Virus record (IMG/VR): IMGVR_UViG_3300028903_000001
Coordinates: 55,896 to 119,895 of that record
Strand: one strand, 5' to 3'
DNA length: 64,000 nucleotides
Source of the DNA: a virus
Taxonomy: Duplodnaviria > Caudoviricetes
The notes beneath the pieces are model-generated. The model saw only the letters and a program-made list of their open reading frames with translations. It had not been told where the DNA came from and did not search any database. The translations under genes and the position numbers were made by a program. Positions 50,959-62,164 of this stretch are shown piece by piece; positions within the stretch are counted from its first letter, which is position 1; each line of letters starts with the position of its first letter.

Positions 50959-51735
50959 TCATCTACTCCGTTTTCTGAAGTAAGGGAATGGAATCCTTTC
51001 CCCGTAATATGCTGCAATTCGGTTTGCGTCACCCATATATGGCTCATAGAATGGGACTCTTGCTAAATCCCACTCCAAATCCCTTAGCGATTTCGGTTCT
51101 GGAATGCTGAGTCGGCGAAGTCGTGCTTCATTTGCCGCATATATCCTATCCTCTTCCCTACGCTCTCTCTCCTCTTCCAGCCGCTTCCTAGCCTTGACTG
51201 GGTTTATACAGTGAGGGGCCTTTAGTGGACTATAGCCGATTCTGGACGGAGTCCGAGAGCTAGATCGAGAGTGAACGTCACGACTTGCTGCGTCGTTACA
51301 TTTATCGCAGAAACATAGACGGCACGCTACCTCAACAGCAAACAACTTGTACGACGCGAACTTTCCAAGCAGATATGTTCGCTCATTGTTTATGTATTCT
51401 GGGTCGGAATACAAGTAGGCATTCGCATACCCACTAGCCAAGTACCACCCGCCGTCACCATATCTTGATATGACCTTGTCTTCCACAGTCTCACCACGCT
51501 TAGTCGTTATGCCTCTGGCGAGCCCGATCCAGTACCTTAGAAGTCTTGTTTGGGGCATGTTCGCTACTGTGTACTTTTCGGTTGGTAGATGGATGAGAGT
51601 GATCGGGTCTCTATTCTCTACCTTACCGCACAACTTGCAGGGAACAGGTATGATTTTACCTTCGTGCAACCAAGCATTGATGTCTCGTTCACCGTTGTCG
51701 TTGCAATAGGAGCATTCTTTGTCAGGATCTCTCAT
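50959..51735 (-). CDS. Hypothetical protein flanked by a direct repeat of the helicase 3' end
   Basis: ATGA overlap with the helicase stop; CxxC pairs; lower GC. Confidence 0.5.
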   Translation of the reverse strand: MRDPDKECSYCNDNGERDINAWLHEGKIIPVPCKLCGKVENRDPITLIHLPTEKYTVANMPQTRLLRYWIGLARGITTKRGETVEDKVISRYGDGGWYLASGYANAYLYSDPEYINNERTYLLGKFASYKLFAVEVACRLCFCDKCNDAASRDVHSRSSSRTPSRIGYSPLKAPHCINPVKARKRLEEERERREEDRIYAANEARLRRLSIPEPKSLRDLEWDLARVPFYEPYMGDANRIAAYYGERIPFPYFRKRSR

Positions 51736-53060
51736 CCTCTCTCCTTCCCAAACTTCGCCAAGAACCTGTCCTCGACCCACTGCCGTGTCTTGCCGTGCTT
51801 CGTGGCGTAATCGACGAGCCGGTCCCATGCCGCGTTTTCGATCTGAAGCTGCTTCTCGGAGGGAAGCGGTCGAAGCGACCGGCCATGGACCTTGGGTCCC
51901 TTTGCCCTCGCGCCGCATCTCGGGCACACCGAGGTTCGGGTCCGAAACTTGCCATGCTCGATGGGGGCGAGAAGCACTTTGCATGCCGGGCATCTCCGCT
52001 CCTTGTCGCGACGCTTTTTGCCCTCTTTGCTCTCGCTGAGCCGGATCGGTTTTCCTTTGAGCGAGAAGGTCCTGTCCGCGTCGGGGCTGCCGTACAGGAT
52101 CGCGTTTCCCGCCAGGTCGAGGCAGAGGCTGCGTCGCTTGCCAGGAAACGGTCTCGAGCCTCTTCCCACCATTTGCAGGTATAGGCTGACGCTACCGATG
52201 CTGCGGGCCAGAATCGTCGTCTCGATGGGCGGAAGATCGAATCCCTCGGTGAGGATCTGACAGTTGGTGAGGATATCGATTTTGCCCTCAATGAACCTGT
52301 CGATGGTGCGCGACCGCTGCCTACTCGTCATCTCACCCTCGACATGCGCGGCCCTGTACCCCTTCTGCCGAAACTCCTCGGCGACCTGGATCGCGTGATC
52401 GACCGAGGCGCAAAACACGATGGTCTTGGTGCGTCTCGCATGCTTTTCCCACAGCTTGACTGGCACGTCGGCCACACCGTCTCGAATCGCAAGCTCGGGA
52501 ACGAAGACGTCGGTTGGCACCAGGAAGCCCTTGGAGATGAGTTCTCTCTGCCTCGCCGCCACGACGAGGTTGGAGAAGGTGGGGTGAAGCCCTCTGCCGT
52601 CGGCGCGTTCCGGCGTAGCGGTTAGCCCGAGAAGAAAGGCTCCTAGCTTTTTGCACTCCTTGGCCAAAGCGTTCCAATCGTCGCCCAGAGCGTGGTGACA
52701 CTCGTCCCAGACCACGACGGTTACCCCCTCGGGTATCACCTTCATGTTTCGGACAATGGTCTGCACCGAACCGACTTGTACCGGCTTGTCTCGTTCCGCC
52801 TTGGCCCAGGGCGCGATGATGCCGGGACGAAACTGGAGCGCGAAGGACAAGGTCTTTGCGGCCTGCTTGATTAGCTCCTTGCGGTGTGCGACCCAAAGCA
52901 CCTTGCCCTTGCGAATCCTAGCGATGTCGAGGGCGGTCTCCGAGCCCATGACGGTCTTTCCGCCGCCCGGTGGCATGACGAGGCATGCGCTGTTCTTGCG
53001 ATGCGACAGCGCCACGACTACGTCTTTCGCTCTCTGCTGGTAGGGTCTAAGTTCGATCAT
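51732..53060 (-). CDS. SF2 DEAD/DEAH-box helicase with Zn ribbon
   Basis: LRPYQ, GGGKT, DECHH, TATP, LTEGFD, QMVGRGSR. Confidence 0.92.
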   Translation of the reverse strand: MIELRPYQQRAKDVVVALSHRKNSACLVMPPGGGKTVMGSETALDIARIRKGKVLWVAHRKELIKQAAKTLSFALQFRPGIIAPWAKAERDKPVQVGSVQTIVRNMKVIPEGVTVVVWDECHHALGDDWNALAKECKKLGAFLLGLTATPERADGRGLHPTFSNLVVAARQRELISKGFLVPTDVFVPELAIRDGVADVPVKLWEKHARRTKTIVFCASVDHAIQVAEEFRQKGYRAAHVEGEMTSRQRSRTIDRFIEGKIDILTNCQILTEGFDLPPIETTILARSIGSVSLYLQMVGRGSRPFPGKRRSLCLDLAGNAILYGSPDADRTFSLKGKPIRLSESKEGKKRRDKERRCPACKVLLAPIEHGKFRTRTSVCPRCGARAKGPKVHGRSLRPLPSEKQLQIENAAWDRLVDYATKHGKTRQWVEDRFLAKFGKERG

Positions 53061-53216
53061 TGCCCCTCTGCCTCAATAGCTAACCTGGCATAGTCGTTTC
53101 CAGACCTGTATTCGGGATCCGACGCGGCACGCTCCGCGTCCCTGTCTCCCCTGAGCCCAGCCTCGAACCCATCGGCCCAGGTCGCGGGCTTGCTATCGAC
53201 GAGTTCCGGGAACAGT

Positions 53217-54398
53217 TCAATGTATCGATTCCACTCGAGCATGACTTTGTCTCGCCTCCTCGTAGATCTTGGCTAGAGTCACCGGAACCTCGTAACCTAT
53301 CGACCCGCCACGGGCAAGCCTGGCGTAGACACTCATAGCCTGTTGCGGCGGAAGCATGGGTACGTCAATGTCCTCGAGCAGCCTGCCGGGTCGCATCATG
53401 GCACTGTCCAGCTTGAGCCGAGCCGCGTTTGTGGTGCATAGGATGCGGACGTCTGCGATGGTACCAAACATGCCGTCGGCCAAATTGAGCATGGTGGAGA
53501 TACTGAGCATGTTGTCGCCCATCCGCTCGACCAGCAGCATGTCGGCGTCCTCGATGACGAGGCACGTAGGCTTTCGCTGCCGCAGCAGAAGCTCGGCCAG
53601 CCCCGGAGCGGTAAGGGACGGCACCATTTGTGACGGGACCAGGACGAAGCGGATGTTGCGGCACGCCTCGATCAGTCCCCGAACCATGTAGGTCTTTCCT
53701 GTGCCAGCCGGGCCATGGATGACGACGAGCCTTCCCGACGGCTCCTTTTTCGAGAACTGGTCCACGACATTGTCGAACTGGGCCACTGCCCTGGGCGTGT
53801 AGTTGTCTCGAATAAGCACATCGTCGAACGCGGCAATGCTCTTGAGCCTCATGCCGTAGCGGGTGTGGTTGAGGATGTGAAGCTTGCGCTGCTCAGCCTT
53901 GTCTCTACTCAGCTTCTGAATCCGATAGGTGTCGGCGATCTTCTTTGCCTCCGCGTCGATCCTGTTTACCCATGGGGTAAGGCCGAATAAGGCGATCGTG
54001 ACGGCTCCGCTTCTGCGGCTCGTCACTCTCTGGCGCATCACCCTTCTGCCCTTTACGCGACGAATCACGCTCGAGTCGTTGTGCCAGGTGACGTGGGCGA
54101 TGCCACTGGGGGAGTACACCATCACGTTGCGGTCATCGACGTCGTGGATTAGCGCGTGGCTTGAGCGCTGAGACGTGAGCCTTTTGACGATCCGATCCGA
54201 CACCTCTCTCGTATCGACATCACCGTATCGCGTCGAATGAGTCTTGATCTGGAGACCGTCGAGCCCCTTGATCAATTTTGCACATGCGGTGCGGTAGACG
54301 AGGTCCTCGTAGTTGCCTTGGTAGAGCTTATCCGCCAGATCCGTGGCAGTCATGCGTGTGAATAGCTTCATCGCGTCCTTTCCTTTCGTTGCACTCAC
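53217..54398 (-). CDS. AAA+ ATPase
   Basis: GPAGTGKT, VIEDAD, CTTN, MRPGRL. Confidence 0.85.
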   Translation of the reverse strand: MSATKGKDAMKLFTRMTATDLADKLYQGNYEDLVYRTACAKLIKGLDGLQIKTHSTRYGDVDTREVSDRIVKRLTSQRSSHALIHDVDDRNVMVYSPSGIAHVTWHNDSSVIRRVKGRRVMRQRVTSRRSGAVTIALFGLTPWVNRIDAEAKKIADTYRIQKLSRDKAEQRKLHILNHTRYGMRLKSIAAFDDVLIRDNYTPRAVAQFDNVVDQFSKKEPSGRLVVIHGPAGTGKTYMVRGLIEACRNIRFVLVPSQMVPSLTAPGLAELLLRQRKPTCLVIEDADMLLVERMGDNMLSISTMLNLADGMFGTIADVRILCTTNAARLKLDSAMMRPGRLLEDIDVPMLPPQQAMSVYARLARGGSIGYEVPVTLAKIYEEARQSHARVESIH

Positions 54399-55133
54399 GT
54401 TCTATCTAGAATGCTTACCAGGTGCGCAATACACACTATTCGATCCCCATTCACTTTCAGAATTGCACCACACTCGTGCCGCCAGGACCCGCCATCTATC
54501 CTAGGAACAGGTGTATAGTTCAGACAGCTAGGGCATAGACTACTAGCCAATGGCGACACTGGCATAGTGTCGTCCCATGCCCGACCACAGTCCGAGCAGC
54601 GCATGAGCCCGGAGGATAGCGACTGGAGATTTAGATGCTCACATGTCATGCCACAGCCCTTGCATCCTGTCTCACCATCTCGACCTGCCTTCTCGTTGCG
54701 TGGTAGAACGCATCGACGAGAACAGACACCTCGACGGGGGACAGAGATTTTCGAAGCCCCTTGGGGACCATGTACCAGGCCCGCAAAAAGGCCGAGTCGG
54801 ATCGAATCGAAACGCGACACTGGTTACGGACGATGCTTCTCTTGCTCATTGTATTTCCCCTTTTAGCACTAGCGCTGATCAATATCTTCTCTTTCCCATG
54901 TCCAGAACAGTCGATAACTACAGGCATCGCGAGAGCACGCTGCCATTGACACTAATTTCCAATCCCCACCGTGTGGTTTTACAACTTCCGGGATACGTTC
55001 ATCAACTATACCGCCATTGTCGCAGTGAGCGGAGATATATACAGAAGTTGTGACACATCGCTCTACCTTGCTCATAACTACACCTTGGAGTGCTCGGACA
55101 AATTTTTCGTTGCCGCCATCCATCTACTCTCCG

Positions 55134-55562
55134 TTAGCGGGGACGCGACAATGGGAGCGGTTGTCCGCTCTTGACGATTCCGACCGCGTGCATGAATCGC
55201 CTATGGTAGGTGTCCTCTGTCAGTTTCGTGACGAGACTCATGGAAGCCTTGCGCTTCGTCACGACCGTGACTTCGGTATTGTTTGCGTCGATGGGATGAA
55301 TCCATGCGCCCATGTACGTTCCCCACGAGATCAGATTCCACCCGCTGCTGGTCAGCATGTAGCCTTGGTCCCTATGCTCTTCTACCTCGTCCGCGCCCTC
55401 CCAGTGGAAGACCATTTTGGAAATGTCCCAAGCCTGTTCCGGGGTCACGGGATACACCCTCGTGACGCCCTCGGATCCGCTTTCCTTGGCCCTCACCACG
55501 TCGCTCATGGACGCGCACCCAGTCAGGACAAAAATCGACAGTAGGATAATCGTATGCTTCAT
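55134..55562 (-). CDS. Lipoprotein
   Basis: Signal peptide with LTGC lipobox. Confidence 0.75.
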   Translation of the reverse strand: MKHTIILLSIFVLTGCASMSDVVRAKESGSEGVTRVYPVTPEQAWDISKMVFHWEGADEVEEHRDQGYMLTSSGWNLISWGTYMGAWIHPIDANNTEVTVVTKRKASMSLVTKLTEDTYHRRFMHAVGIVKSGQPLPLSRPR

Positions 55563-55908
55563 TTAGTCCCCCTTTCGGTTTCTACTTCTCCTAGGCATGT
55601 CCACGACGTTAGTCACCGGCTCGTTTCGTTTCTCCGATAGAGCCTGCACCATAGTCTCCGCTCTCTCGAGGAGCTTGGCCAAGTATTCGGCTACCTTTCT
55701 CTGCTCGAGCCGGTTTCCCCTCGGCCTCGTCACCGTGACGAAGGGGATAAACTTCTCCACATTCTCGTAGCGGTTGAACTTCCGGCTACCAACGCTGATG
55801 CTAAACACGTCCCCCTTTCTCGCGACTTGCACGCAGATGTCTCGCATCGACTCTTCCGCATCCTTGTCTCGGATAACAGCGACAAGCTCCCATTGTTGCT
55901 GGACTTGA

Positions 55909-57162
55909 TCACTCATCTGCATCATCTCCTTCACGATAAAAACACCACTCTTCTCTCGGTTTTGATACAAGACCGCCCTCCTTGCCTACTCGAATCAAGA
56001 TGTCGCGCATCGCTGCTGCCCTCGCACCCTTTTTGAGTCCGCTCGCCTCTTGGTACGCATCTATCGCCTTGCTCAGACCAGACTTGCTAATCGTGATTGC
56101 AGCGTTCATGTAGCTACCCAGCGCCTTCTGAAGGATGGGAATAGCGACGCTAGGTAGCATGGTCTCGGTCCGCTTCTGCCTCGGGCCCCAGTACCTGCCG
56201 TTGCCGACTGGGATCGGGCCATGCTCCTTGACCCAAGCCTTGAGGGCCAACTCCGACTTGCCGACCATCGAGCGGATAATGGGCAGCGTATTTGCCATTT
56301 GGACCGCCATTTCCGTGCTGATACCCGGCTCGATTTGGTCCACGCTCATCCCAAGCAGAGTTTGCACCGAGTGTACCTTCACGGGGCAGGAGGTGAGGGC
56401 GGGGCACCACTGGCAGTGGTAACCCTCGACCAGTTTGACATTTTCCGGCGTGGCCGCGCAGATCCTGGCGTGAAGCTCGAATACCTGCTCACGAACCTCA
56501 CCGAGCCTTTGCTCGTCCCAGGGCGTCTCGACGACGTCCCAGATCCCCTCGCCCCTGCCGACGTAGATGATCGCTGGCACAACCGTCTTGGCCCCGGTCC
56601 ACTGAGCCGCCTTGACCGCTGCGCTCTTTAGCTGCCAGTTGCGCTCGACCGGATCGACCCAGGTCTCCGAGCCGGTCTTGTAGTCACAGACCCAAAGCAC
56701 GCTGTTGCTGGGGCATGCCGGTCTATCACCTCGCCAGAAAATGGGCTCGGGCTCGGCGAAGAGAAGGTCGATGGTGCCTGGCGCGCCGACGCGCCACCTC
56801 GTCTCATACCTTCCCTGCCCACCGCTCACGCAGACCACGTCGGGCTCGCCATCGATCGACGTGTTCCAGGCTAGAGCGATCTCGGCTATGGAACCTTCCG
56901 GTGGCTGGAAGCTGAAGTGCCGACATCTCGCCATGGCGATGTCGCGCTCCACCTCGTTTAGATCGTAGTCAGCAACGGTCTGCTCCAGCATCTGCATCGC
57001 TTTTTCGTAGCCATGCAGCGCTCGATGCTCGAGGTGCTTGTGAATCGCAGACCCGGAGTCTGCCGGGGCCGACAAGTGCTCTACGGTTCGAAACACTGCC
57101 GGACCAAGGCACTTGGCGAGGACCGGCAGACCCGAGTCGCTGCGATTCGATAGGCGCATCAC
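55909..57162 (-). CDS. RecB/Cas4-like PD-(D/E)xK exonuclease
   Basis: GSAIH, GTIDL, DYKTG, WQL, HCQWCP....CP. Confidence 0.8.
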   Translation of the reverse strand: MMRLSNRSDSGLPVLAKCLGPAVFRTVEHLSAPADSGSAIHKHLEHRALHGYEKAMQMLEQTVADYDLNEVERDIAMARCRHFSFQPPEGSIAEIALAWNTSIDGEPDVVCVSGGQGRYETRWRVGAPGTIDLLFAEPEPIFWRGDRPACPSNSVLWVCDYKTGSETWVDPVERNWQLKSAAVKAAQWTGAKTVVPAIIYVGRGEGIWDVVETPWDEQRLGEVREQVFELHARICAATPENVKLVEGYHCQWCPALTSCPVKVHSVQTLLGMSVDQIEPGISTEMAVQMANTLPIIRSMVGKSELALKAWVKEHGPIPVGNGRYWGPRQKRTETMLPSVAIPILQKALGSYMNAAITISKSGLSKAIDAYQEASGLKKGARAAAMRDILIRVGKEGGLVSKPREEWCFYREGDDADE

Positions 57163-57691
57163 TCACCCCTCTAGCAGAGTCTTACCACGCATATCCGTTA
57201 CGCGGTATACGCTACTACCCATCGCTGTTGCGTCACTTGCTAGGTCGAGTTTCCCCTCAACGACGATTCTGGTTCCGGTCTTGATAGGGCCACCCGGCAT
57301 GAATTCACCATTGATGAGTACGCGCCGACTTCTCAAGTGGACCCCGGAATCAAATACGTCGTTGAGATACTCACGGAATCTCCAGTCGGACCAGCGAAGA
57401 TGTGAGCCCTTGTAGCGCTGGAGCAGTTTGCGATTAGCCGCCCAGACGCGGGCTCGATACTTCCCCAGCCGCCTTCTGTCTCGGAGTCGCATCACTCACC
57501 TTTAGCTGGTAGAAATTCCCACTTGCCTACCACGTCGCCGTCGCGATTCGAAATTACCTTGTCCAGCGACACCTCGACGTCTCCGAACTGAGCCAGAAGC
57601 TTCATTTCGGCCATGACTGCGGCAGCTATGTCTTCGGGCGTTCGCAGCTTATCGTCGATACTGAGCCGAAACATGTTTACCCCTCTACAGT

Positions 57692-58486
57692 CTAGTCACA
57701 TCTGTGACGCATGTTTGGTAGGTAGGTCTCGCGTGTTACCAGATTCGACGATATGGGCGGCAACGCCTCCATGGTTTCGAATTCTTTTTGGACCTTACGC
57801 AAGGCATATTGCTCGATCTGACGAACCCTCTCTCGGCTGATTGGCTCGCGAGTTTCCGCGATGTATGACCAACGTTCATCTCTGGGTCGCTTTCCCAGTG
57901 CCACGCCGATATCGCGAAGGGTCATGTTCTCCGGGTGTTTATGTAGTTCATTTCGCACGCAATCGATACATACAGCCTCCAAGCACTCCACACACCCGAA
58001 CAGTAAGTTAAAGGACCTCTTGCAGTGACAGCACTGGAGAACCCGACCCTGTGGAAGCTTGATCGGGTAGAGATCTGCCATGCGCTGCTGCGTCACGCTC
58101 TCCCTGTACTCTTCTGGATCCATTGAGAGCAATATTTGCTCCGCTAAGCGGCTGGGAGCAGGCTCGTCTTCTACATGCTCTACATAGAGAGTTCCATTCT
58201 CCTTCCACCACTGTAAGAAGAGTTCTTTCCTAGCATCTCTCCGAGCCTGTCCCCAACCGCGCAATGTTTCCTTCCGGCACGCATAGCATGCCATGTTCTG
58301 CTCATACCTGTAAGCGCGAACGATATTCGAGCGAGTGCGCTTCTGGAGCGCACCGCAGGAGCATCGGCACAGCCACTGCTCCACCGATCTTCCATCTGGT
58401 AACTCACGATCCTCGCAGCGAGCAAGAATACGCATGTCGCCCACGTAGACCCCTGCTAATCGCTCTTTCTCGCTGCGGGTAACCAT
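57692..58486 (-). CDS. Zn-finger protein with sigma70 region-4-like HTH
   Basis: MTLRDIG...ISRERVRQIEQYALRK; multiple CxxC. Confidence 0.7.
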   Translation of the reverse strand: MVTRSEKERLAGVYVGDMRILARCEDRELPDGRSVEQWLCRCSCGALQKRTRSNIVRAYRYEQNMACYACRKETLRGWGQARRDARKELFLQWWKENGTLYVEHVEDEPAPSRLAEQILLSMDPEEYRESVTQQRMADLYPIKLPQGRVLQCCHCKRSFNLLFGCVECLEAVCIDCVRNELHKHPENMTLRDIGVALGKRPRDERWSYIAETREPISRERVRQIEQYALRKVQKEFETMEALPPISSNLVTRETYLPNMRHRCD

Positions 58487-59526
58487 CAGTCCTCGTCCTC
58501 GAGTTCGCCCTCGTCGTCGATGACCTCGCCGTCCTCGGTGATGTTGAGCGGCTTCTGAGCCGGTTTCGGCTCAGGGGCGGGCTCTTCGCGGCGGGTCCTG
58601 GGCCGAGTCTTTCGCGTCGGTTGCGGCGGCTCGGGTTCAGGGGCGGGCTCGGACTTGGCGGCGGGCTCCGCTTCCGGCTCGACCGGCTTGGCAGCAGCGA
58701 CGGGTTCAGGCTTGGCTTCGGGCTTCTCTGTGGTGGCAGTCGGGCCTGTGGATCCGGGGACCGGGAATAGCTCGTCGATGTTCGATCCCTCCTTGATCGC
58801 TGTGCCCATGCCGATCAGCTTTTCCAGATCGGATGCCGTGATCTGGTCCACGGAGGCTCGTCCGAGGGCAGACAAAACCCTTGCCTCGTCAATGCCGAGG
58901 TGCAGCAGGCGAGCGAGGATCTTCTTGCGACGCTGCGAGATGACCTCCTGGTCGCCAACCGCGCAGTTTCGAGCCGCCTGGTAGATCTTCTTGACGCAGG
59001 CACCGGGCACGATGCGAAAAATCGCGTTTCGAAGCGCGATTGACGCTGCCGCGTTGCCCGTCATCATGATCATGTCTTCGTTGTAGCGTCTACCATCCTT
59101 GGTCGTGATGCGACGGCGCGTCTCCGTGCTGATTCGCACGTTGGCCTCGAGGTCCCAGACCACGCCTTGCGCCACGACGTAGGTATCGGCGACCTCGATG
59201 ATGCGTGCGCCAAGCTGCAAATTGCCGTACTGGCTCGCCACGATCTCAGCGAGGCGAATCGAAGGCCCCGTGATCACCTCGCCGCCCCTCGGTGTCGAGT
59301 AGATGCAGGCTTCCGCGATGGTCTGGTCCATGGTGGCAAGCTGCGTGGCATTCGACATGAACCTCGCGAGTTGCCTCGGTCGCTTCGCTGCCGCGTCGAG
59401 TTGCACCTCGATCTCGTCTCGGTTCATGCTGCTCGAGCCGGTCAGGGCGAGAATACCATCGTCTTCTCGCTGCGCCAGAGCCGTCGTGGTCCCGCCAACC
59501 CTTGGTTTCCCGCTGTATTGTGTCAT
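58486..59526 (-). CDS. Putative single-strand annealing / recombination protein
   Basis: YSTPRGG..ITGPSIRLAE...WDLEAN...SIALRNAI; acidic tail; near the exonuclease. Confidence 0.55.
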   Translation of the reverse strand: MTQYSGKPRVGGTTTALAQREDDGILALTGSSSMNRDEIEVQLDAAAKRPRQLARFMSNATQLATMDQTIAEACIYSTPRGGEVITGPSIRLAEIVASQYGNLQLGARIIEVADTYVVAQGVVWDLEANVRISTETRRRITTKDGRRYNEDMIMMTGNAAASIALRNAIFRIVPGACVKKIYQAARNCAVGDQEVISQRRKKILARLLHLGIDEARVLSALGRASVDQITASDLEKLIGMGTAIKEGSNIDELFPVPGSTGPTATTEKPEAKPEPVAAAKPVEPEAEPAAKSEPAPEPEPPQPTRKTRPRTRREEPAPEPKPAQKPLNITEDGEVIDDEGELEDED

Positions 59527-60017
59527 CGCTGTTCTCCCTGCTCCACGTTGAAAAAGTGGATGTATGGCATGCCGCCAGGCATTGCCACCCACAACTCTCT
59601 CGGAACGCTATATGTTGCCAGCCCGAGACCGGCGGCGAGGCAGAAAAAAGCCTCTGCCGTGGCTTGATCCGCCCAGTTCTGCCCCGTCCTGTCCACGGTG
59701 AGGTAGATGGCAGTATTCCCACCTCCACCACCGAGTAGGAACGTGTCATCCACGACATCTCGGATCAAGATCTTTATCGCGGATCGGTTCGCCTCAAGCC
59801 TATCTCGGTGGAATGCGAAGGTCTGAACGAATCCATCCACAATCACCCTGTCACGCTCCTCCTCTCCCTGCGAGAAGAGCGAGTGTTTCACCATCGCATC
59901 GACATGTGCTGCGTAATTCATCGTCTCACCTCCATGCCCCTGGCGGGATCCACGATGCGGACCGGGGGGATTTGCCACATCGTGTACCCGGCCAGGGGCA
60001 CAAAGCCCCCTTTCGAC

Positions 60018-60839
60018 CTACTCGTCGCTCTTCAATTCGATACCAGCCTTGGCGTCGTCGATGTCGCCGCAGACCCACATGAGAGCCTTCAGGAACTCGG
60101 GATGGAGCCCCTTGCACTCGACCATGACCCGCTTGATCCTGGGCTTTCTGGGGCCGGGAGGCGCGCCGACCGGAGCCTTGCCACGCTCGGCCCTCGGCTT
60201 CTTGGCGATCTCGACTTGCTGCTTGCGAGGCAGTTCCGCGTTCTGGATCGCTTCGCCAATCGACATCTCTCCGGTTGCCACTGCCTTCTGCACCGGCTCG
60301 GGCGTCGCGCCCAGCTTGAGCCAGGTATTGATGGTCTGGACCGTGACACCGAACTCAACGGCGATGTCGAGCATCGACATGCCGAGCGCCTCGAGACGCC
60401 TGGCCTTGGCGACCTTGACCTCGATACTGTCGCTCTGCTTGATCTCGTTTGCCGCCACCATCATCCCGGCGAGACTCTGCTCGTTTTCGCGGGTCGATAC
60501 GAGGCATCGGATCGTGATGGTCGAGAGACCGTGCTCGGAGCGGCGACGGTTGATCTCTCGCGCCGCCTTGACGCGTTGCCTGCCGTCCCACACGATGGGA
60601 CGGTTTCCGTCCTTGTAGACCTTCACCGGCTCGATTACGCCGTGTTTCGAAATCGAAGCGACGAGCCGCTCGTCGATGGGAAGCTCGATGCGCTCATCCC
60701 ACTGCGGATGCTCTGCGCCATCCGGTGTGTCGAGCCCGACGATGATGAGTTCGTCGGGATCCATATAGAACGTCGAGGATCCACGCTTCGCGTCGAGAGC
60801 CGACTTCACGCGTGTTATTGTTGCTTTCCCCTTTTTCAT
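60018..60839 (-). CDS. ParB-like protein
   Basis: SISKHGVIEPV...DGRQRVKAA...AN, followed by an HTH. Confidence 0.8.
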   Translation of the reverse strand: MKKGKATITRVKSALDAKRGSSTFYMDPDELIIVGLDTPDGAEHPQWDERIELPIDERLVASISKHGVIEPVKVYKDGNRPIVWDGRQRVKAAREINRRRSEHGLSTITIRCLVSTRENEQSLAGMMVAANEIKQSDSIEVKVAKARRLEALGMSMLDIAVEFGVTVQTINTWLKLGATPEPVQKAVATGEMSIGEAIQNAELPRKQQVEIAKKPRAERGKAPVGAPPGPRKPRIKRVMVECKGLHPEFLKALMWVCGDIDDAKAGIELKSDE

Positions 60840-60997
60840 CCCGGTACCCCTTTTGTGTATGTCGGGCTTGGCCCGATGTGTGACTCGTCACGCTAGCACA
60901 TCCGATCTCAGAATCAAACCAATTTTCATCGCGATGTTCATTTTCTGATCCCATTACGTTGCGTAAGCAAAGAGCGTCGAATATGATAGGCGTCATC

Positions 60998-62164
60998 ATG
61001 GCGACAGAGGATCAAGACAGCTACGAAAGCGTCAAACGTTGCATAGATTCCGGTGAGTGCGAGGAGGCGAAGCGGCTCGCTTCTAAATACCTCGGGATCG
61101 ACCCAGACATGTCGCAGGCGATACTCGACTGTGCAGAGTCAAGGGACTCGGAGGCATGCGCCAAGGCATCGGCGCAGCTTGCCGCGACAGCCGCATGCAC
61201 ATATATGACCGGAGGCGGCGGGGCATACCTTTGCAACAAATACGCGCCACAAGTCGTGGATGCTATCTGGCCTGTTTTAGGCCCGCCACTCGTCGGCATG
61301 TTCGATATCGGCTTCGGGTTCATGGGTGCGACATACGAGTTTCTGAAAGGTGTCGTCGAGTCTTTCGGAAAAATGATCGGCATAGGCTCGTCACCCGGCG
61401 TAAACTGGGACGATGTGGTTTGGAAACTGAAGGCTGCGGGCAGAAAGACCGTGGCGACCGGTAGCGAAAAGGCGATTGAAGCCATTGCCTCGGCTGACGC
61501 CGCGACCCGAGTCGAACTCGGTATGAGTGACGGAAGCCTTGGCACGCCGCTGCATGACGCTATCAAGAACAACTCTGCCATGAAGTCTGTTGTCGATAGA
61601 TACCTATTGACTTCGCAGCGCTCCCTTGTCTCTGCGTTGAAGGGCAAGCCAGCGTTCGCAGGGGAGATTAGGGTGGCATGGTCGAAGCAGAAGCTCGATC
61701 CATCGCTACAATCTCTGTCACAATGGGTGAAGGGGGCAAAGCCAAGGCTTGTGTCAAGTTCGTACTGGCCGACCAAGGACGAGTTGATGCTCCAACTCTG
61801 GGGAGTGGACACTTCGAAGTGGAATCCTGAAACCGTTGCAGCTATGGCCAGCAGCGGCACCAGAGCCAATGCGGCTGACATGGACTTCGCCGACTTCAAG
61901 GTGGTTGACTCGAGCGGTAACTGGCCTAGCAGCGGCAAGAGCGTATTGGATCTGCAAGCCGCGTTTGGTCTCGCGATGTCCGAGCGAGTCAAGGCTTTGC
62001 AAGCCGCGTGCTCCGAGTCGGTGGGTGAGACGGTTGGTGCCGTGATTGCGGAGAAGCAGGGTATCGATCGCGAAGCGAATAGCGGTAGTGGTCTTCTATG
62101 GCTGCTGGGACTTGCCGGGGCTGGAGCGCTACTGTATGTGTATCGAGACAAGGTGTTCAAGTGA
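60998..62164 (+). CDS. Membrane-anchored protein, putative virion protein
   Basis: C-terminal GLLWLLGLAGAGALLYVYR; Cys-rich N-terminus. Confidence 0.65.
   Translation: MATEDQDSYESVKRCIDSGECEEAKRLASKYLGIDPDMSQAILDCAESRDSEACAKASAQLAATAACTYMTGGGGAYLCNKYAPQVVDAIWPVLGPPLVGMFDIGFGFMGATYEFLKGVVESFGKMIGIGSSPGVNWDDVVWKLKAAGRKTVATGSEKAIEAIASADAATRVELGMSDGSLGTPLHDAIKNNSAMKSVVDRYLLTSQRSLVSALKGKPAFAGEIRVAWSKQKLDPSLQSLSQWVKGAKPRLVSSSYWPTKDELMLQLWGVDTSKWNPETVAAMASSGTRANAADMDFADFKVVDSSGNWPSSGKSVLDLQAAFGLAMSERVKALQAACSESVGETVGAVIAEKQGIDREANSGSGLLWLLGLAGAGALLYVYRDKVFK

Noticed and set aside
53217-54398. AAA ATPase as a genome-packaging ATPase or TnsC-like partner of the Cas12
   Set aside because: Its motifs (TTN, RPGR) are classical AAA, and it is far from both the structural and CRISPR modules.
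55909-57162. Cas4-like nuclease as the CRISPR adaptation module
   Set aside because: It is about 30 kb away in a recombination gene cluster, such nucleases are common in phages, and there is no cas1/cas2.
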